Source of the DNA: Dehalococcoidia bacterium
GTDB taxonomy: Bacteria; Chloroflexota; Dehalococcoidia; UBA6926
Assembly: GCA_965247995.1 (NCBI GenBank)
Contig: OZ252041.1
Location: 494,197-558,196 of the forward strand
Direction of reading: 5' to 3'
Length of the DNA: 64,000 nucleotides
Position 1 is the first letter of the stretch. Every line of letters begins with the position of its first letter. The notes under the pieces are model-generated. The model was not told the DNA's origin and made no database searches. It saw only the letters and a list, made by a program, of their open reading frames with translations. Shown here one piece after another: positions 1-13,407 of the stretch. The position numbers were made by a program, and so were the translations under genes.

Positions 1-1
1 G

Positions 2-169
2 CTCCGGATCACCGAGACTGCTCCATCGTTCCGCGGTGACACGGCAACCGCCGGCACGAAGCCCGCGACGCTCGAAACAGGCCTGGTGGTGAACGTCCCC
101 ATGTTCGTGGAGAACGGCGCGTCGATCGTCGTGGACACGCGGACCGACGAATACCTCGAGCGGGCATAG
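2..169 (+). CDS. efp: Elongation factor P, C-terminal fragment (5' end lies outside the window)
   Basis: Frame-2 translation ...[36 protein letters not shown] matches the conserved EF-P C-terminus; stop at 167-169. Confidence 0.6.
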   Translation, partial: LRITETAPSFRGDTATAGTKPATLETGLVVNVPMFVENGASIVVDTRTDEYLERA

Positions 170-196
170 CGCCCCAACCTCGGTCAGCGTCTGCTA

Positions 197-874
197 ATGC
201 GTGCAGACTTCCACATCCACACTCAGGTCTCGCCCGATTCTTCGATGAGCCCCCAGGCATTGGTGGCAGCGTGCCAGCGCGCCGGCCTCGACGCCATCGC
301 CGTCACAGACCACCACACGATCCGCGGCGCCCTCGCTGTCCGAGACGTCGCGCCCTTCATGGTCGTCATCGGCGCGGAGTTTCGGACCGCGGACGGCGAG
401 GTCATTGGACTCTTCTTGGAGGAGGACATTCCGCGGGGTCTGTCCGCTGTGGAGACCATCGGCCGCATCAAGGACCAAGGCGGAGTTGTTCAGATCCCAC
501 ATCCGTTCGACCGGTTCCGCCGCAAACACATCACAGAGGATACGCTCCTCCAGGTCCTGCCCGATGTCGACGTGATCGAGGCGTTCAACGCGCGCACCAC
601 ACTGAAGAGCGACACGATGCGCGGCGTCGAGTTCATCCAACACCACGCGGCGGCACATCCGGTCCTTCCGACCGGTGTTACCGACGCCCACACTCCCTTC
701 GAGATCGGCCATGCGTACGTGGAGATGCCATCATTCGATGGGTCCACCGGGTTCCTCCAAGCGTTACAACATGGCCGCATCGTCGGACGCCGGACCACGC
801 CCCTCATCCATCTGTCGACGCGGTGGACCGTCGTCAAGAAGAAGCTCAGCCAACGGTTGCCGATTCGCACCTAA
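197..874 (+). CDS. PHP-domain metal-dependent phosphoesterase
   Basis: N-terminus MRADFHIHTQVSPD has the PHP His motif; 225 aa; ATG start. Confidence 0.6.
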   Translation: MRADFHIHTQVSPDSSMSPQALVAACQRAGLDAIAVTDHHTIRGALAVRDVAPFMVVIGAEFRTADGEVIGLFLEEDIPRGLSAVETIGRIKDQGGVVQIPHPFDRFRRKHITEDTLLQVLPDVDVIEAFNARTTLKSDTMRGVEFIQHHAAAHPVLPTGVTDAHTPFEIGHAYVEMPSFDGSTGFLQALQHGRIVGRRTTPLIHLSTRWTVVKKKLSQRLPIRT

Positions 875-909
875 CGTCGCATAGCCAGGCCCCATAAAGG
901 AATGAACGC

Positions 910-1995
910 ATGATCGTCCAAGACCGGATTGTTCGGACCTTCACCCAACTTGCGCAGATCGACAGCCCTTCCGGCGACGAGGGTCAGATCGCGCGCGACC
1001 TGACGGCGCGCCTCACGGCGTTGGGATTTGCGGTCCAGCGAGACGCGTACGGAAACCTCATCGCAACGGAGGCTGGCGACAACCCGCTGCTGCTCTCGGC
1101 ACACATGGATACCGTCGAACCTGGCCGCGGGATCGTTCCCATCATCAACGGCAATCGGCTGGAAACGGACGGTTCCACCATCGTCGGCGGGGACTGCAAG
1201 GCGGGCATCACCACAATCCTTGAAGCGCTGACCTCCATCGCGGAGGACGGCGCTTCCCGTACGCCCGTTCAGGTCGTCCTCTCCCGTGAGGAGGAGCTTG
1301 GCCTCGTCGGGGCAAAGAACTTGGACTACTCGTTGATCACCGCGCGTGAGGCGGTCGTGTTCGATGGCGAAGGACCCATCAACCACGTCACATCGGGTAG
1401 CCCCACGTATCTCAGTTACGATGTCGCCATCACCGGCAGGGCCGCGCACGCGGGCGTCGAACCGGAGAAGGGTATCTCTGCCATCCGTATCGCCTCTGAG
1501 ATCATCGCCAACCTGCCGAACGGCCGGCTCGACGACGAAACAACCTTCAACGTCGGCATGCTCCAAGGGGGCTCCGTACGAAACGCGGTTCCTGAGCACG
1601 CCTCGTTCGGTGGCGAGACGCGGAGCCACAACCGAGCGACGTTGGACGGGCTGCGCGTCGTTATCCAAAACGCCATCGATGATGCCCGAGGACGCTACCC
1701 GGATGCCGTCATTGAAGCGGCGTTCAACGTGGAGTTCGAGACCTACCTGCTCGACCCGGAGACGCCGATCGTCCGGTCGGTCACCGAGACGCTTGGCTTT
1801 ATGGCATTGGTCCCTGAGTTCGCACGGTCGGGAGGAGGAACGGATGGCAACGTGCTCCGCTCCCATGGGGTCCAGTCCGTTGTGATGGGCGTGGCTGCTC
1901 ACAACGCGCACACCGTCCGCGAATACGTGAACATCGACGAGCTAGAACAGGCGGTCAGGTTCTGCCAACAGCTACTCATTGACCGGAAAGCATGA
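910..1995 (+). CDS. M20/M42-family metallopeptidase (peptidase T-like)
   Basis: 361 aa with metal-binding motifs HMDTV, GGDCKAG and EEELGLVGA typical of M20 tripeptidases; AAAGGA RBS upstream of ATG. Confidence 0.6.
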   Translation: MIVQDRIVRTFTQLAQIDSPSGDEGQIARDLTARLTALGFAVQRDAYGNLIATEAGDNPLLLSAHMDTVEPGRGIVPIINGNRLETDGSTIVGGDCKAGITTILEALTSIAEDGASRTPVQVVLSREEELGLVGAKNLDYSLITAREAVVFDGEGPINHVTSGSPTYLSYDVAITGRAAHAGVEPEKGISAIRIASEIIANLPNGRLDDETTFNVGMLQGGSVRNAVPEHASFGGETRSHNRATLDGLRVVIQNAIDDARGRYPDAVIEAAFNVEFETYLLDPETPIVRSVTETLGFMALVPEFARSGGGTDGNVLRSHGVQSVVMGVAAHNAHTVREYVNIDELEQAVRFCQQLLIDRKA

Positions 1996-2063
1996 GGCGA
2001 ATGCGGCCTCGCGACACTCGCTGGTCGGACGTCTAGACCGGCCAGATCGCTACCTCGAGAATC

Positions 2064-2092
2064 TTGACCGCCCCAAGGGCCAGACGTATACT
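2064..2092 (+). promoter_or_regulatory. Sigma-70-type promoter for the 23S rRNA transcription unit
   Basis: TTGACC, 17-nt spacer, TATACT, about 115 nt upstream of the mature 23S 5' end. Confidence 0.5.
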
Positions 2093-2206
2093 TCGCGTTC
2101 GCCGGTAGAGTCCTTGAAGGACTCTGCGTGGCTGGCGCCTTAACAAGTGAATAGGTCAATTTTTGTTGGCCAAGAGTGTTCTGAACGCGGCTCAACGTGA
2201 GAATGA

Positions 2207-5210
<3,004 letters not shown>

Positions 5211-5309
5211 ATTAAAGACCCTCATGTTTGCCTCGTTCACGAACACTCTTGATCACCAACAAAGTTGGCCTGTTCACTTGTTAGGGCACCAGCTACCCGT
5301 CGGCTTCGG

Positions 5310-5384
<75 letters not shown>

Positions 5385-5393
5385 AGACCAAAA

Positions 5394-5424
5394 CGAGGCC
5401 CCTCGGATGAGGGGCCTCGTTTTT
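5394..5424 (+). terminator. Rho-independent terminator after tRNA-fMet
   Basis: CGAGGCCCCTC-GGAT-GAGGGGCCTCG hairpin followed by TTTTT. Confidence 0.7.
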
Positions 5425-5457
5425 GATTGTTCTGCAGTGCGCGGTGCGCCCGGCAGG

Positions 5458-6384
5458 TCAGGCCACGTCCCGCAACACCCCCAAAAGCCACCGCTTGAAG
5501 TCGCGTTGTTTCACGCCGAATAGCCGCCCCAGCAACCCCATGTCAGGAGCCGGTTGCAGGAAGCGCGCCGAGATCTCTTCCCGAGCAAGTTGGTGCGCCC
5601 GCGGCCAGTCTTCTTCCTTCTCCGCGGCCTCGCGAAGCGGGACGATGTCGTCCGGGTCAACGTACTCGACCTCCGGCTCGCGCCCCACAATCGTCCCCAA
5701 GTACTCCCAATACTCGCGGCGCGTCGGTGAGACCGGACCCCCCAGCTCGAATGTGCGGTTCCGAGTCCGTCGGTCGACGTGCGCGTTGATGCAGTAGTCG
5801 GCAAGCTCGTCCAGGAAGATGAAGACCATCGGCTGGTCGGGGGTCCCAACGATGCGGAACGTCTCTCCCTCCGAAGCCCGCTTCGCCATCCCCTTGAACA
5901 TCGCCCCCGTCGTATCAATGATGCCACCCGGTCGGAGGATCGTGTACGGCACTCCGGACGCCATGAGGTACTGCTCGGACCGCGCCTTCGCCGGATATAC
6001 GGGGTAGAACGACCACTCGGTGCCCGCCGACCGCACCGTGATGAGCGTCATATGCCTGACGCCCTGCCGTTTAGCAGCGTCGACCATATTCGCCGTCCCT
6101 TGGTATTCCACCTTCTCGATCTTGTCGATCCCGCGCTGAGCCGCTTGCGCCCCCACGGTCGCGATCACGTAGTCGACACCTTGAGCGGCGGCAACGAGCG
6201 AATCGACATCCTCGTAATCGCCCTGGACGTACTCGACGCCGACGTTCGGAAGGTGGTCCGGCGAGGTCGAATGGACGAGTGCCCGCACCTGAGCACCAGC
6301 CTGCACTAACTTCCGCACAACGTGGCTTCCCGTCCTTCCGGTCGCGCCGGTAACCAGGTATCTCTCCCGAGTGGCAGTCGTCAT
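5458..6384 (-). CDS. NmrA-like / atypical SDR NAD(P)H-binding protein
   Basis: Rossmann motif LVTGATGRTGSHVV. Start set at the internal ATG (MTTATRERYLVTGATG, about 6384) behind an AGGAG RBS; the longer ORF overlaps the upstream gene. Confidence 0.6.
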   Translation of the reverse strand: MTTATRERYLVTGATGRTGSHVVRKLVQAGAQVRALVHSTSPDHLPNVGVEYVQGDYEDVDSLVAAAQGVDYVIATVGAQAAQRGIDKIEKVEYQGTANMVDAAKRQGVRHMTLITVRSAGTEWSFYPVYPAKARSEQYLMASGVPYTILRPGGIIDTTGAMFKGMAKRASEGETFRIVGTPDQPMVFIFLDELADYCINAHVDRRTRNRTFELGGPVSPTRREYWEYLGTIVGREPEVEYVDPDDIVPLREAAEKEEDWPRAHQLAREEISARFLQPAPDMGLLGRLFGVKQRDFKRWLLGVLRDVA

Positions 6385-6409
6385 GCGTTCTCCTGTGTCG
6401 TCAGCTGCG

Positions 6410-7621
6410 TCACCTCGGTAGACCGAGACCCCGCTGCGCAATGATGTTGGGCCCAAGCAGGATTCCGCCGCCGCCGCCGAATCCCAGTGCCAACGCGAGG
6501 TCCGCGTTCGTCCCGTACATCCCGTTGTTCGGTGCGCGGCTCTCACCGTTCAGACACGCTGCATACTGCTGGACAATGCTTCCGAGCGTCGGCCAGAAGT
6601 GGAACTTGGCGGTCACCTGATTGTGATACCCAGAGATCGCCCCCTCGGCCTGTGGCACGTCGCCCCGGGCTTCCATCCATGCGACACGGTAGGCAAGCAT
6701 CCGGTCGGCTTCGACCATCACCCGGAGGTCGGCCAACTTGTTTCGCACGATGGGGTCCGACAGCACCGGTTCACCGTTGAACGTGGTCTCGCGCATCACA
6801 TCCAAGAATCGGTCCAGCACACCGATGTGCCGCGCCGGCCCATCGACCCCAGTCCGCTCGAAGTTCAACGTAGTCATCGCCGCGTACCATCCACGGTTGA
6901 CCTCACCGATCAGGTTGGTCTTCGGTACGCGCACCTCATCCATGAAGATCTCGTTCCAACGACGCTTCCCTAGCATGTCGTACAGCGGACGGAGCGTCAC
7001 ACCGGGCGTGTACACACCATCGTCGTCCCGCAGCCGCATCGCCAGATACGTGATTCCCCGATGTTTCGGCGCGGCCGGATCGGTCCGGACGAGCACGTGG
7101 TACCAGTCTGCGAAGTGCGATGCGGAGCTCCATATCTTCTGGCCAGTGACCACATAGTCATCGCCGTCCTCGACGGCGCGCGTCTGCAGATTCGCCAAAT
7201 CGGTTCCCGCATTCGGCTCGCTGAAACCCTGCGCCCAGTGGATCTCGTTCCTTGCCATCCCGGAAAGGAAGTAGTCCTTCATCCAGTCAGACCCGTGGAC
7301 CATGATGGCGCCGGTGATGTTCCCGCCAGGCGACCCAGCAGGTGCATCCGCGTAGGCTAGTTCCTGTCGGTACACGAACTGTTTGCTCAGTGGAACGTCT
7401 TGCCCACCGTGTTCCTTGGGCCAGTGCATCGTCCACCAGCCCTTCTTAATGAGTTTCTGCGCGAACTCGTCCGCGAGGTCGCGCGCCTCCGCGTTGTCGA
7501 AGTCGAACGACCTCGTCGTCATGCTGTACGCGTCGAACCCCTTTGAGTCCCATTCTGCGGCCAGGAAGGCTCGCACCTCGTCACGGAACGCCTCATCCTC
7601 TGCGGTCAGCGTGAAATCCAT
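6410..7621 (-). CDS. Acyl-CoA dehydrogenase family protein (paralogue F, subtype II)
   Basis: 403 aa. Starts MDFTLTAEDEAFRDEVRAF; contains GFSEPNAGTDLA, GQKIWSSASHFADWYHVLVRTDP and TTLNFERTG; ends GGGGGILLGPNIIAQRGLGLPR. Homologous to the five tandem copies at 51-58.5 kb. Confidence 0.8.
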   Translation of the reverse strand: MDFTLTAEDEAFRDEVRAFLAAEWDSKGFDAYSMTTRSFDFDNAEARDLADEFAQKLIKKGWWTMHWPKEHGGQDVPLSKQFVYRQELAYADAPAGSPGGNITGAIMVHGSDWMKDYFLSGMARNEIHWAQGFSEPNAGTDLANLQTRAVEDGDDYVVTGQKIWSSASHFADWYHVLVRTDPAAPKHRGITYLAMRLRDDDGVYTPGVTLRPLYDMLGKRRWNEIFMDEVRVPKTNLIGEVNRGWYAAMTTLNFERTGVDGPARHIGVLDRFLDVMRETTFNGEPVLSDPIVRNKLADLRVMVEADRMLAYRVAWMEARGDVPQAEGAISGYHNQVTAKFHFWPTLGSIVQQYAACLNGESRAPNNGMYGTNADLALALGFGGGGGILLGPNIIAQRGLGLPR

Positions 7622-7630
7622 GTCACCCTC

Positions 7631-9154
7631 CTACTCCTCTTCGGCTAAGTCCAGGACAAAACTCACCAGTGTTCGTACCGGTTTTCCGGACGCGCCACGT
7701 ACCTGCCACCCCTTCTCGCTCTCCGAGTTCATCACACCAGCAATGTCCAGGTGCGCCCACGGTGTGTCGCCGGCAAACTCGTGCAGGAACTGCGCTGCGG
7801 CGATCGCGCCTGCGGGTTGGCCGCCGGTGTTCTTTACATCTGCCACCCGGCTCTTGTTCTGTTCTTTGTACTCATCCCAGAGGGGCATCCGCCAGACTTT
7901 CTCCCCCGCCCCTTCACCGGCCCGCAATACGCGGTCCGCCACATCGTCGTCGTTCGAGAAGAGGCCGATTGCCACGGTACCCAGCGCGACGCGGATTGCC
8001 CCCGTCAGGGTGGCAACGTCGACCAGCGGACGCATACCCTCGGCGTTCGCGTACGAGAGCGCGTCCGCGAGCACGAGCCGTCCCTCCGCGTCGGTGTTCT
8101 CCACCTCGATCGTCTTGCCGTTCATGGCTACCAACACATCACCGGGTTTCGTTGCGCCCCCGCCGGGCAGGTTCTCGGTCGCCGGCACTAACGCGGTCAC
8201 ATTGATCGGAGGCGCGAGCTTCGCGATCGCCTGCATCGCCGCGATCACCGACGCGCCGCCCGCCATATCACCCTTCATCGCCCCCATGTTTGCCGCCGGT
8301 TTGAGCGAGATCCCGCCCGAGTCGAACGTGATGCCCTTCCCGAGCAGGCCGATCGTGGGTCGACGGCCCTCAGGGTCGCCAAGGTAACGCATGACGATGA
8401 ACTGGGGAGGCTCATGCGACCCTCGGGCCACACCGAGTACGGCGCCCATCCCGAGCCGTTCCATCTCAGCCCGATCAAACCGCTCGAATTCCAGCCCGTT
8501 CGCTTCGGCCACTTCTTGGGCCCGGTCAGCCAGGACCGTCGGCGTCATGTAGTTCGCCGGTTCGTTCACCAGGTCCCGTGCAAGCGCCGTGGCTTCAGCG
8601 AGCGCGCTTCCACGCAAGACGCCAACCTCGGCTTCAGCAGCGCGGGCCGTATTGTTTTCGACCATCATGAACTCGGCGATCTCCTTGGCGGAGTCACCGT
8701 CATCTTCGTCCTTCTTACTGAAGTGGCGCCGAAAGCGGTAAAGGCCCAGCGACACTCCCTCCGCAAAGGCCTGCGCGGCCGCTGACGGTTCCATGCCACC
8801 AATCCCCGCACCGTGCAGGATGCTGGCGACGCGCGCGTACCCCTTCCCGCGAACGAAGCGGGCCACATCGCCTCCCAGGTTTCGAAGTGTGTCGATCGAT
8901 AGCTTCTCCGCCGAACCGAGCCCTGCAACGACGACACGTTTCGCCTGGATCTTGCCTTGCGTGTGGATCAGCGTGAGCTCCCCGGATTTGCCGGTGATGT
9001 CTCCGTCGCTGATCAGCGCGGTTATGGTCCCTCCCATGGCGCGGTTGACGGCCCCGGTCGCCCCCGCCGGCTCCTTCACTCCCCGGAACAGGTTGACGAC
9101 CAGACAATCGGCGTCCGTCTCCAGGATGTCTCCGACGACGAGCTTCAACTCCAC
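7631..9154 (-). CDS. pepA: Leucyl aminopeptidase (M17 family)
   Basis: 507 aa with the M17 signature NTDAEGRL, plus VGKGITFDSGG and MKGDMAG motifs. Confidence 0.85.
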   Translation of the reverse strand: MELKLVVGDILETDADCLVVNLFRGVKEPAGATGAVNRAMGGTITALISDGDITGKSGELTLIHTQGKIQAKRVVVAGLGSAEKLSIDTLRNLGGDVARFVRGKGYARVASILHGAGIGGMEPSAAAQAFAEGVSLGLYRFRRHFSKKDEDDGDSAKEIAEFMMVENNTARAAEAEVGVLRGSALAEATALARDLVNEPANYMTPTVLADRAQEVAEANGLEFERFDRAEMERLGMGAVLGVARGSHEPPQFIVMRYLGDPEGRRPTIGLLGKGITFDSGGISLKPAANMGAMKGDMAGGASVIAAMQAIAKLAPPINVTALVPATENLPGGGATKPGDVLVAMNGKTIEVENTDAEGRLVLADALSYANAEGMRPLVDVATLTGAIRVALGTVAIGLFSNDDDVADRVLRAGEGAGEKVWRMPLWDEYKEQNKSRVADVKNTGGQPAGAIAAAQFLHEFAGDTPWAHLDIAGVMNSESEKGWQVRGASGKPVRTLVSFVLDLAEEE

Positions 9155-9247
9155 AGGCCTCTTCTCCTCTCCCGATCCACGGGATCCCCCACACCAACAC
9201 TTGTGGCGGTAATTATAGGAACGCCGGCCTCGTCCTTGCGGTTCGGT

Positions 9248-9955
9248 TCAACCCTTCCGCTCCAGCGCCGCCGGCGGCCGCGCATATGTCGGCGCAACCG
9301 TCATCGGGTCGTCGGCATCGTCCGCAGCCAACCGGCTCCAACCGAGTATCGCAAGAGACTGGACCCGTCCGATCCCCATCGGTCCGTCGAAGATCTTCAC
9401 GCTCTCCGGGACCGCCGTCCGGACTGTCTCCAGCACCCCACCCGGAATCTCCCCACAGAGCACCGCATCGGCCCCGTCACCCGATCGAACGGCCTCCGCC
9501 AACTCCTCCGGCGTCATGATCTGGTCCTCTGCAACCCGACCCCAGTCCAAGGCCGTGCCGTTCAGCCCGGATCCATGGAACGGTGCGCCAACCACCTGTC
9601 CACGCCCCGCATCCAGCACTCCCCAAACGGTCTTTCCGGTCCACCAGAACGCATAGGTTGCGGCCGCCAGGGTACCCACTCCGGCCAGAGGAAGATCGAG
9701 CCCGATCGCGAGGCCCTTTGCCGTCGCTAGCCCAATACGGATCCCGGTGAAACTGCCTGGACCCACGGCCACGATCACTCCGCTGAGGTCAGATCGAGTG
9801 ATCCTTGATTGCTTCAAGATCCCCTCGATGGCCGGGAACAGCTCGGCTGTGTGGTTCCGACCGGCGTGCCAGGACAACCCCGCATCAATCTCGCCGTTGT
9901 CCCTGATTGTGGCCACACCAGCAACAGAGGTCACCGTATCTATAGCCAGGTGCAT
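9248..9955 (-). CDS. tsaB: tRNA threonylcarbamoyladenosine biosynthesis protein TsaB (YeaZ)
   Basis: 235 aa, MHLAIDTVTS...VAVGPGSFTGIRIGLATAKGLA typical of YeaZ/TsaB; adjacent to tsaE. Confidence 0.75.
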   Translation of the reverse strand: MHLAIDTVTSVAGVATIRDNGEIDAGLSWHAGRNHTAELFPAIEGILKQSRITRSDLSGVIVAVGPGSFTGIRIGLATAKGLAIGLDLPLAGVGTLAAATYAFWWTGKTVWGVLDAGRGQVVGAPFHGSGLNGTALDWGRVAEDQIMTPEELAEAVRSGDGADAVLCGEIPGGVLETVRTAVPESVKIFDGPMGIGRVQSLAILGWSRLAADDADDPMTVAPTYARPPAALERKG

Positions 9956-9980
9956 CGGAGGAACCTAACCGTCGTCCAGC

Positions 9981-10502
9981 TCAGCTTCCCAGACCGGTTT
10001 TCGCTCGATCCAGCGCTTCGGCCGATACGCGGCCCCCCGCGGTGATCCTGAACGCCCGCCGGTCCTCTCCCATGGCTTCGATCTCGATCGTGATCACATC
10101 ATCCGGGAACGCACCGCGAGCGCGGTCGCCCCATTCGACCGCCATCACTCCCTGCGCTGACAAGTACTCATCGAGCCCCAGGTCCCACGCCTCTTCAACC
10201 GTCTCAATCCGAAACAGGTCCAGGTGGTACAACGGGACCCTGCCGTGATGCTCGTGCAACAGCACGAACGAAGGACTCTTCGTGTACGCATCCACATCGA
10301 GACCGATCGCCAAACCCTGGGTGAATGTCGTCTTCCCTGCGCCCAACTGGCCGATCAAGAGCAACGTTTCGCCTCCGCGCAGGGCGTGTCCAAGCGTTTC
10401 CCCGAGATTGCGCGTTTCTTCGGCGGACCCAGTCGTCACGTTCCACACGTGGTCGGAGGTCGGGTCGGTCTCGAACGCAGTTGCCACCGATTGTACCTGC
10501 AT
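9981..10502 (-). CDS. tsaE: tRNA t6A biosynthesis ATPase TsaE (YjeE)
   Basis: P-loop GQLGAGKTTFTQGLAIGL and conserved TsaE N-terminal region; the N-terminal start may lie further downstream. Confidence 0.7.
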   Translation of the reverse strand: MQVQSVATAFETDPTSDHVWNVTTGSAEETRNLGETLGHALRGGETLLLIGQLGAGKTTFTQGLAIGLDVDAYTKSPSFVLLHEHHGRVPLYHLDLFRIETVEEAWDLGLDEYLSAQGVMAVEWGDRARGAFPDDVITIEIEAMGEDRRAFRITAGGRVSAEALDRAKTGLGS

Positions 10503-10586
10503 TGACCAGGGTTGGCGCCCGAATCGCCCCTGCCAGCGCCGACTATCGCGCCCGATTATAGAGACGCCCGTTCTTCAGCGTCGCGG

Positions 10587-11891
10587 TCACCGTGCAAAAA
10601 GAAAACGTGGTTGGACCGCGGCCAGAAGCGCGACTGTAACAACCAAAAGCCCGCCCAGGAGCATCAGCGCCACGGATGCCGAGTATGTCTCCGCCATGTA
10701 TCCAGCGGCCAAGCTTCCGATGGGAACGAATCCACGGTCGAGCAGATACAGGCTCACGATCCGTCCGTGAAAACTGGGGTCTGTCTGCGTCAGCAGAAGC
10801 GAGTTTGTAAGCACCCGCTGTACCGAGTCAAACAGTCCCAACCCAACGACCAAGCCCATCGTCATGAGCATCACCGGAGCGAGAGCGATACCCGCCAGGG
10901 CTACCCCACTCAACATCATCGTGAGCACGACCACCCCGCCCTTGAGGCGTAACCCTCCGCGGAACGCGATGAGCAGTGCTCCGGCCACGGATCCGACACC
11001 AGACATCGCAATCAAGTTTCCGTAGCTCCCCGGTCCCGCATTGAACTTGTCGGCGAGGACGACCGGGATGATCGTCGACCACGGCTGCAGCAGTAGCAAC
11101 GAGAGCAGGCCAAATAAGATCAGCAACAAGACCACCCGATTGCGAGCCGCATAGGCGAGTCCGTCCACGGAGCTCCGCAACGCGCTCGCGCGCGGTCCGC
11201 CGTCCTTGGTCACCATCGGGGGGACCCGCAACATCAACCACGCAATGATGATCAATACCTCGACCGCAACAATCATCGCGAACGCGGCTTCGGCTCCTCC
11301 GAAAAGGTACAGTCCGCCCGTCAGGAAGGGCGAAACGACGCGTGTCCCGTTGAATCCCAACTGCTGGAGCGCCACCGCGTTCGGCACCTGGCCAGGCTTC
11401 ACTAGGCTGGGGATCAACGCCTGCCGCGGCGGTTGATTGAAGGTGATCGCGACTCCCCGCGCGAAGAACAGCGCGTATGCGTGCCAGATCTCCAGCAGGT
11501 CCGCCACCAGCAACCCCAGCAGCAGCGCGTAAACAGCCAAGATCACGAACTGCGTCACGATGAGGATCAGCTTCCGGTTTACGCGGTCCGCAACAACGCC
11601 CGCGGGGATCGCCAAGAAGAGGACGGGAATCGTCCGCCAGAAGTTAATGAGGCCGAGCGCGACCGCCGATCCCGTCAGTTCCCATACAAGCCAATTTCGC
11701 GCGACGATCTCCATCCACAGCGTGAAGGAGTGGGCGCTGACCCCGAACCAGAGGATTCGGAAGTCGCGGTTCTCAAGGGACGAAACCGCCGACAGCAACA
11801 CTCCCGCCACACCCCGGCGTTTCGGCAGTTCGATTATCGAATCGCTGTCAGCTCCAGGAGGCTGCCCAAGGCCAAGACCTCGCTGTGTCAA
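10587..11891 (-). CDS. MFS transporter
   Basis: 434 aa, about 12 predicted TM helices with MFS-type loops (GVVADRVNRK). Confidence 0.65.
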   Translation of the reverse strand: MTQRGLGLGQPPGADSDSIIELPKRRGVAGVLLSAVSSLENRDFRILWFGVSAHSFTLWMEIVARNWLVWELTGSAVALGLINFWRTIPVLFLAIPAGVVADRVNRKLILIVTQFVILAVYALLLGLLVADLLEIWHAYALFFARGVAITFNQPPRQALIPSLVKPGQVPNAVALQQLGFNGTRVVSPFLTGGLYLFGGAEAAFAMIVAVEVLIIIAWLMLRVPPMVTKDGGPRASALRSSVDGLAYAARNRVVLLLILFGLLSLLLLQPWSTIIPVVLADKFNAGPGSYGNLIAMSGVGSVAGALLIAFRGGLRLKGGVVVLTMMLSGVALAGIALAPVMLMTMGLVVGLGLFDSVQRVLTNSLLLTQTDPSFHGRIVSLYLLDRGFVPIGSLAAGYMAETYSASVALMLLGGLLVVTVALLAAVQPRFLFAR

Positions 11892-11916
11892 CAGTCGCCG
11901 TCTTTAGTCGGGTTAA

Positions 11917-13395
11917 CTAGTCAAGCTGACGGAGTCGCGGAACGAACACAATGGAGAGCACAGAAACCACGACCAGTCCGATCGCCAGGGCGCCGATCGC
12001 CGTTTGGGGACTCATCACGTCTGCGAGCACAGCCGTGAAGAACACCGCAAAGCTGCTGATCCCCCATTCCATCATGTAGAAGGCCATGACCCGCCCGCGA
12101 TAGGCGTCCTGCACGTAGTACTGGAGTAGCGTGTTGGCCAGCGTCATCCTTCCGGTTTGACCGAGACCCACGAATATGATCGCGATCAATGCGATTTGGT
12201 AGGTGGGAGCCCACGCGAACCACATGAGCGCGCCGCCCAGCACCACGCCGCTCACCAGCAACATCAGACCCCGTTTCTTATCGGGCAGGGACGCTAAGAC
12301 CAGTGATCCGACGATCGCCCCGATGCCGGACACCGCGTACAGGATCCCAAGCTCGCTTGCGCCAACGTTCCAGACATCTTCGGTAAACATCGGGAGCAGC
12401 ATCATGTACGGCATCGAAAGGATGACCATCGCTAGCGTCACCAGCAGAACGATCAGGATTATCGTTTCGCGCCGGATGTACTCGACCCCCGCCATCGCTT
12501 CGGAGAACGCACCGCGACCGTGAAGCGCGATCGTCCCTGTCTTCGGCATCAACATCACGAAGAACACAGCCGCCGCGTACAGCCCGGTCATCACGAAATA
12601 GATGGCGTAAAAGTCGAACCGGTCGATCAAGAAGCCCGCGCCCGCGGGCGCAATCAACCGCAGGGCGTTCATCCCAAGCGTGTTCAGGGAGACCGCGTTC
12701 ATCAGCTCGCGCTGCTCCACGATCTCAGGGATGATCGCCTGCCGCGCGGGCATCATCAGCCCCATGATCGTCCCTTGGATCAGCGAGGCAATGACCAAGA
12801 GCCACCACGACCCAAACGAGACGAATCCCACCGAGTACGTAATGCCAGCATCCATCGTTCCGGTGACCAAGGCCACCGCGACCCCAAATGAAACGACCGC
12901 CGAGGCCGCTTGGCCAACCAACAAGACGCTCTTTTTCTGGATCCGGTCTGCGATCACACCACCGAACATTGAGAACATCAACATCGGCAAGGCGTTTGCC
13001 AGAGACATGATTCCGAGCGCCGTGCCCGTCCCAGCCAACCGATAGACGAGTAACGAACGGGTCAATAGCTGCATGTTCATCGCAGCCATCTGTCCGAGCA
13101 TCGCCATGTAATACAGGCGGAACACCCCGTTCTTGAACGAGGCGAACGTTCGGAGGTTGCGGAGCGAGAACCCGGCGCCTCCGCGGCCCCCCATGCCCAT
13201 GCCCATGCCGCCCATCATCGCGCCAGGATCTCCGCCGCCGCCTCCAGGACCGCGTCCGCGCTCATTGCCGTTTGGGGCGGGCGCCGCAGCCGCCGCGCCG
13301 TTCCGTTCCGGCGCCGCGACTACATCCCGGTTGTCCGGCGTCTCGACGCCGGTACCACCTTCGCGCTCTCTATCGTCGTCAGGATCGTTGAACAT
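11917..13395 (-). CDS. MFS transporter with Gly/Met-rich N-terminal low-complexity extension
   Basis: 492 aa. The N-terminus ...GRGPGGGGGDPGAMMGGMGMGMGGRGGAG precedes a 12-TM MFS core (GGVIADRIQKK). Confidence 0.65.
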   Translation of the reverse strand: MFNDPDDDREREGGTGVETPDNRDVVAAPERNGAAAAAPAPNGNERGRGPGGGGGDPGAMMGGMGMGMGGRGGAGFSLRNLRTFASFKNGVFRLYYMAMLGQMAAMNMQLLTRSLLVYRLAGTGTALGIMSLANALPMLMFSMFGGVIADRIQKKSVLLVGQAASAVVSFGVAVALVTGTMDAGITYSVGFVSFGSWWLLVIASLIQGTIMGLMMPARQAIIPEIVEQRELMNAVSLNTLGMNALRLIAPAGAGFLIDRFDFYAIYFVMTGLYAAAVFFVMLMPKTGTIALHGRGAFSEAMAGVEYIRRETIILIVLLVTLAMVILSMPYMMLLPMFTEDVWNVGASELGILYAVSGIGAIVGSLVLASLPDKKRGLMLLVSGVVLGGALMWFAWAPTYQIALIAIIFVGLGQTGRMTLANTLLQYYVQDAYRGRVMAFYMMEWGISSFAVFFTAVLADVMSPQTAIGALAIGLVVVSVLSIVFVPRLRQLD

Positions 13396-13407
13396 CCACT
13401 CGGCTCC

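Noticed and set aside
5211-5309. Expected 5S rRNA between the 23S gene and the tRNA
   Set aside because: The ~100-nt spacer has no 5S-like helices or conserved loop motifs and is too short (5S is about 120 nt). No 5S is present in this unit.
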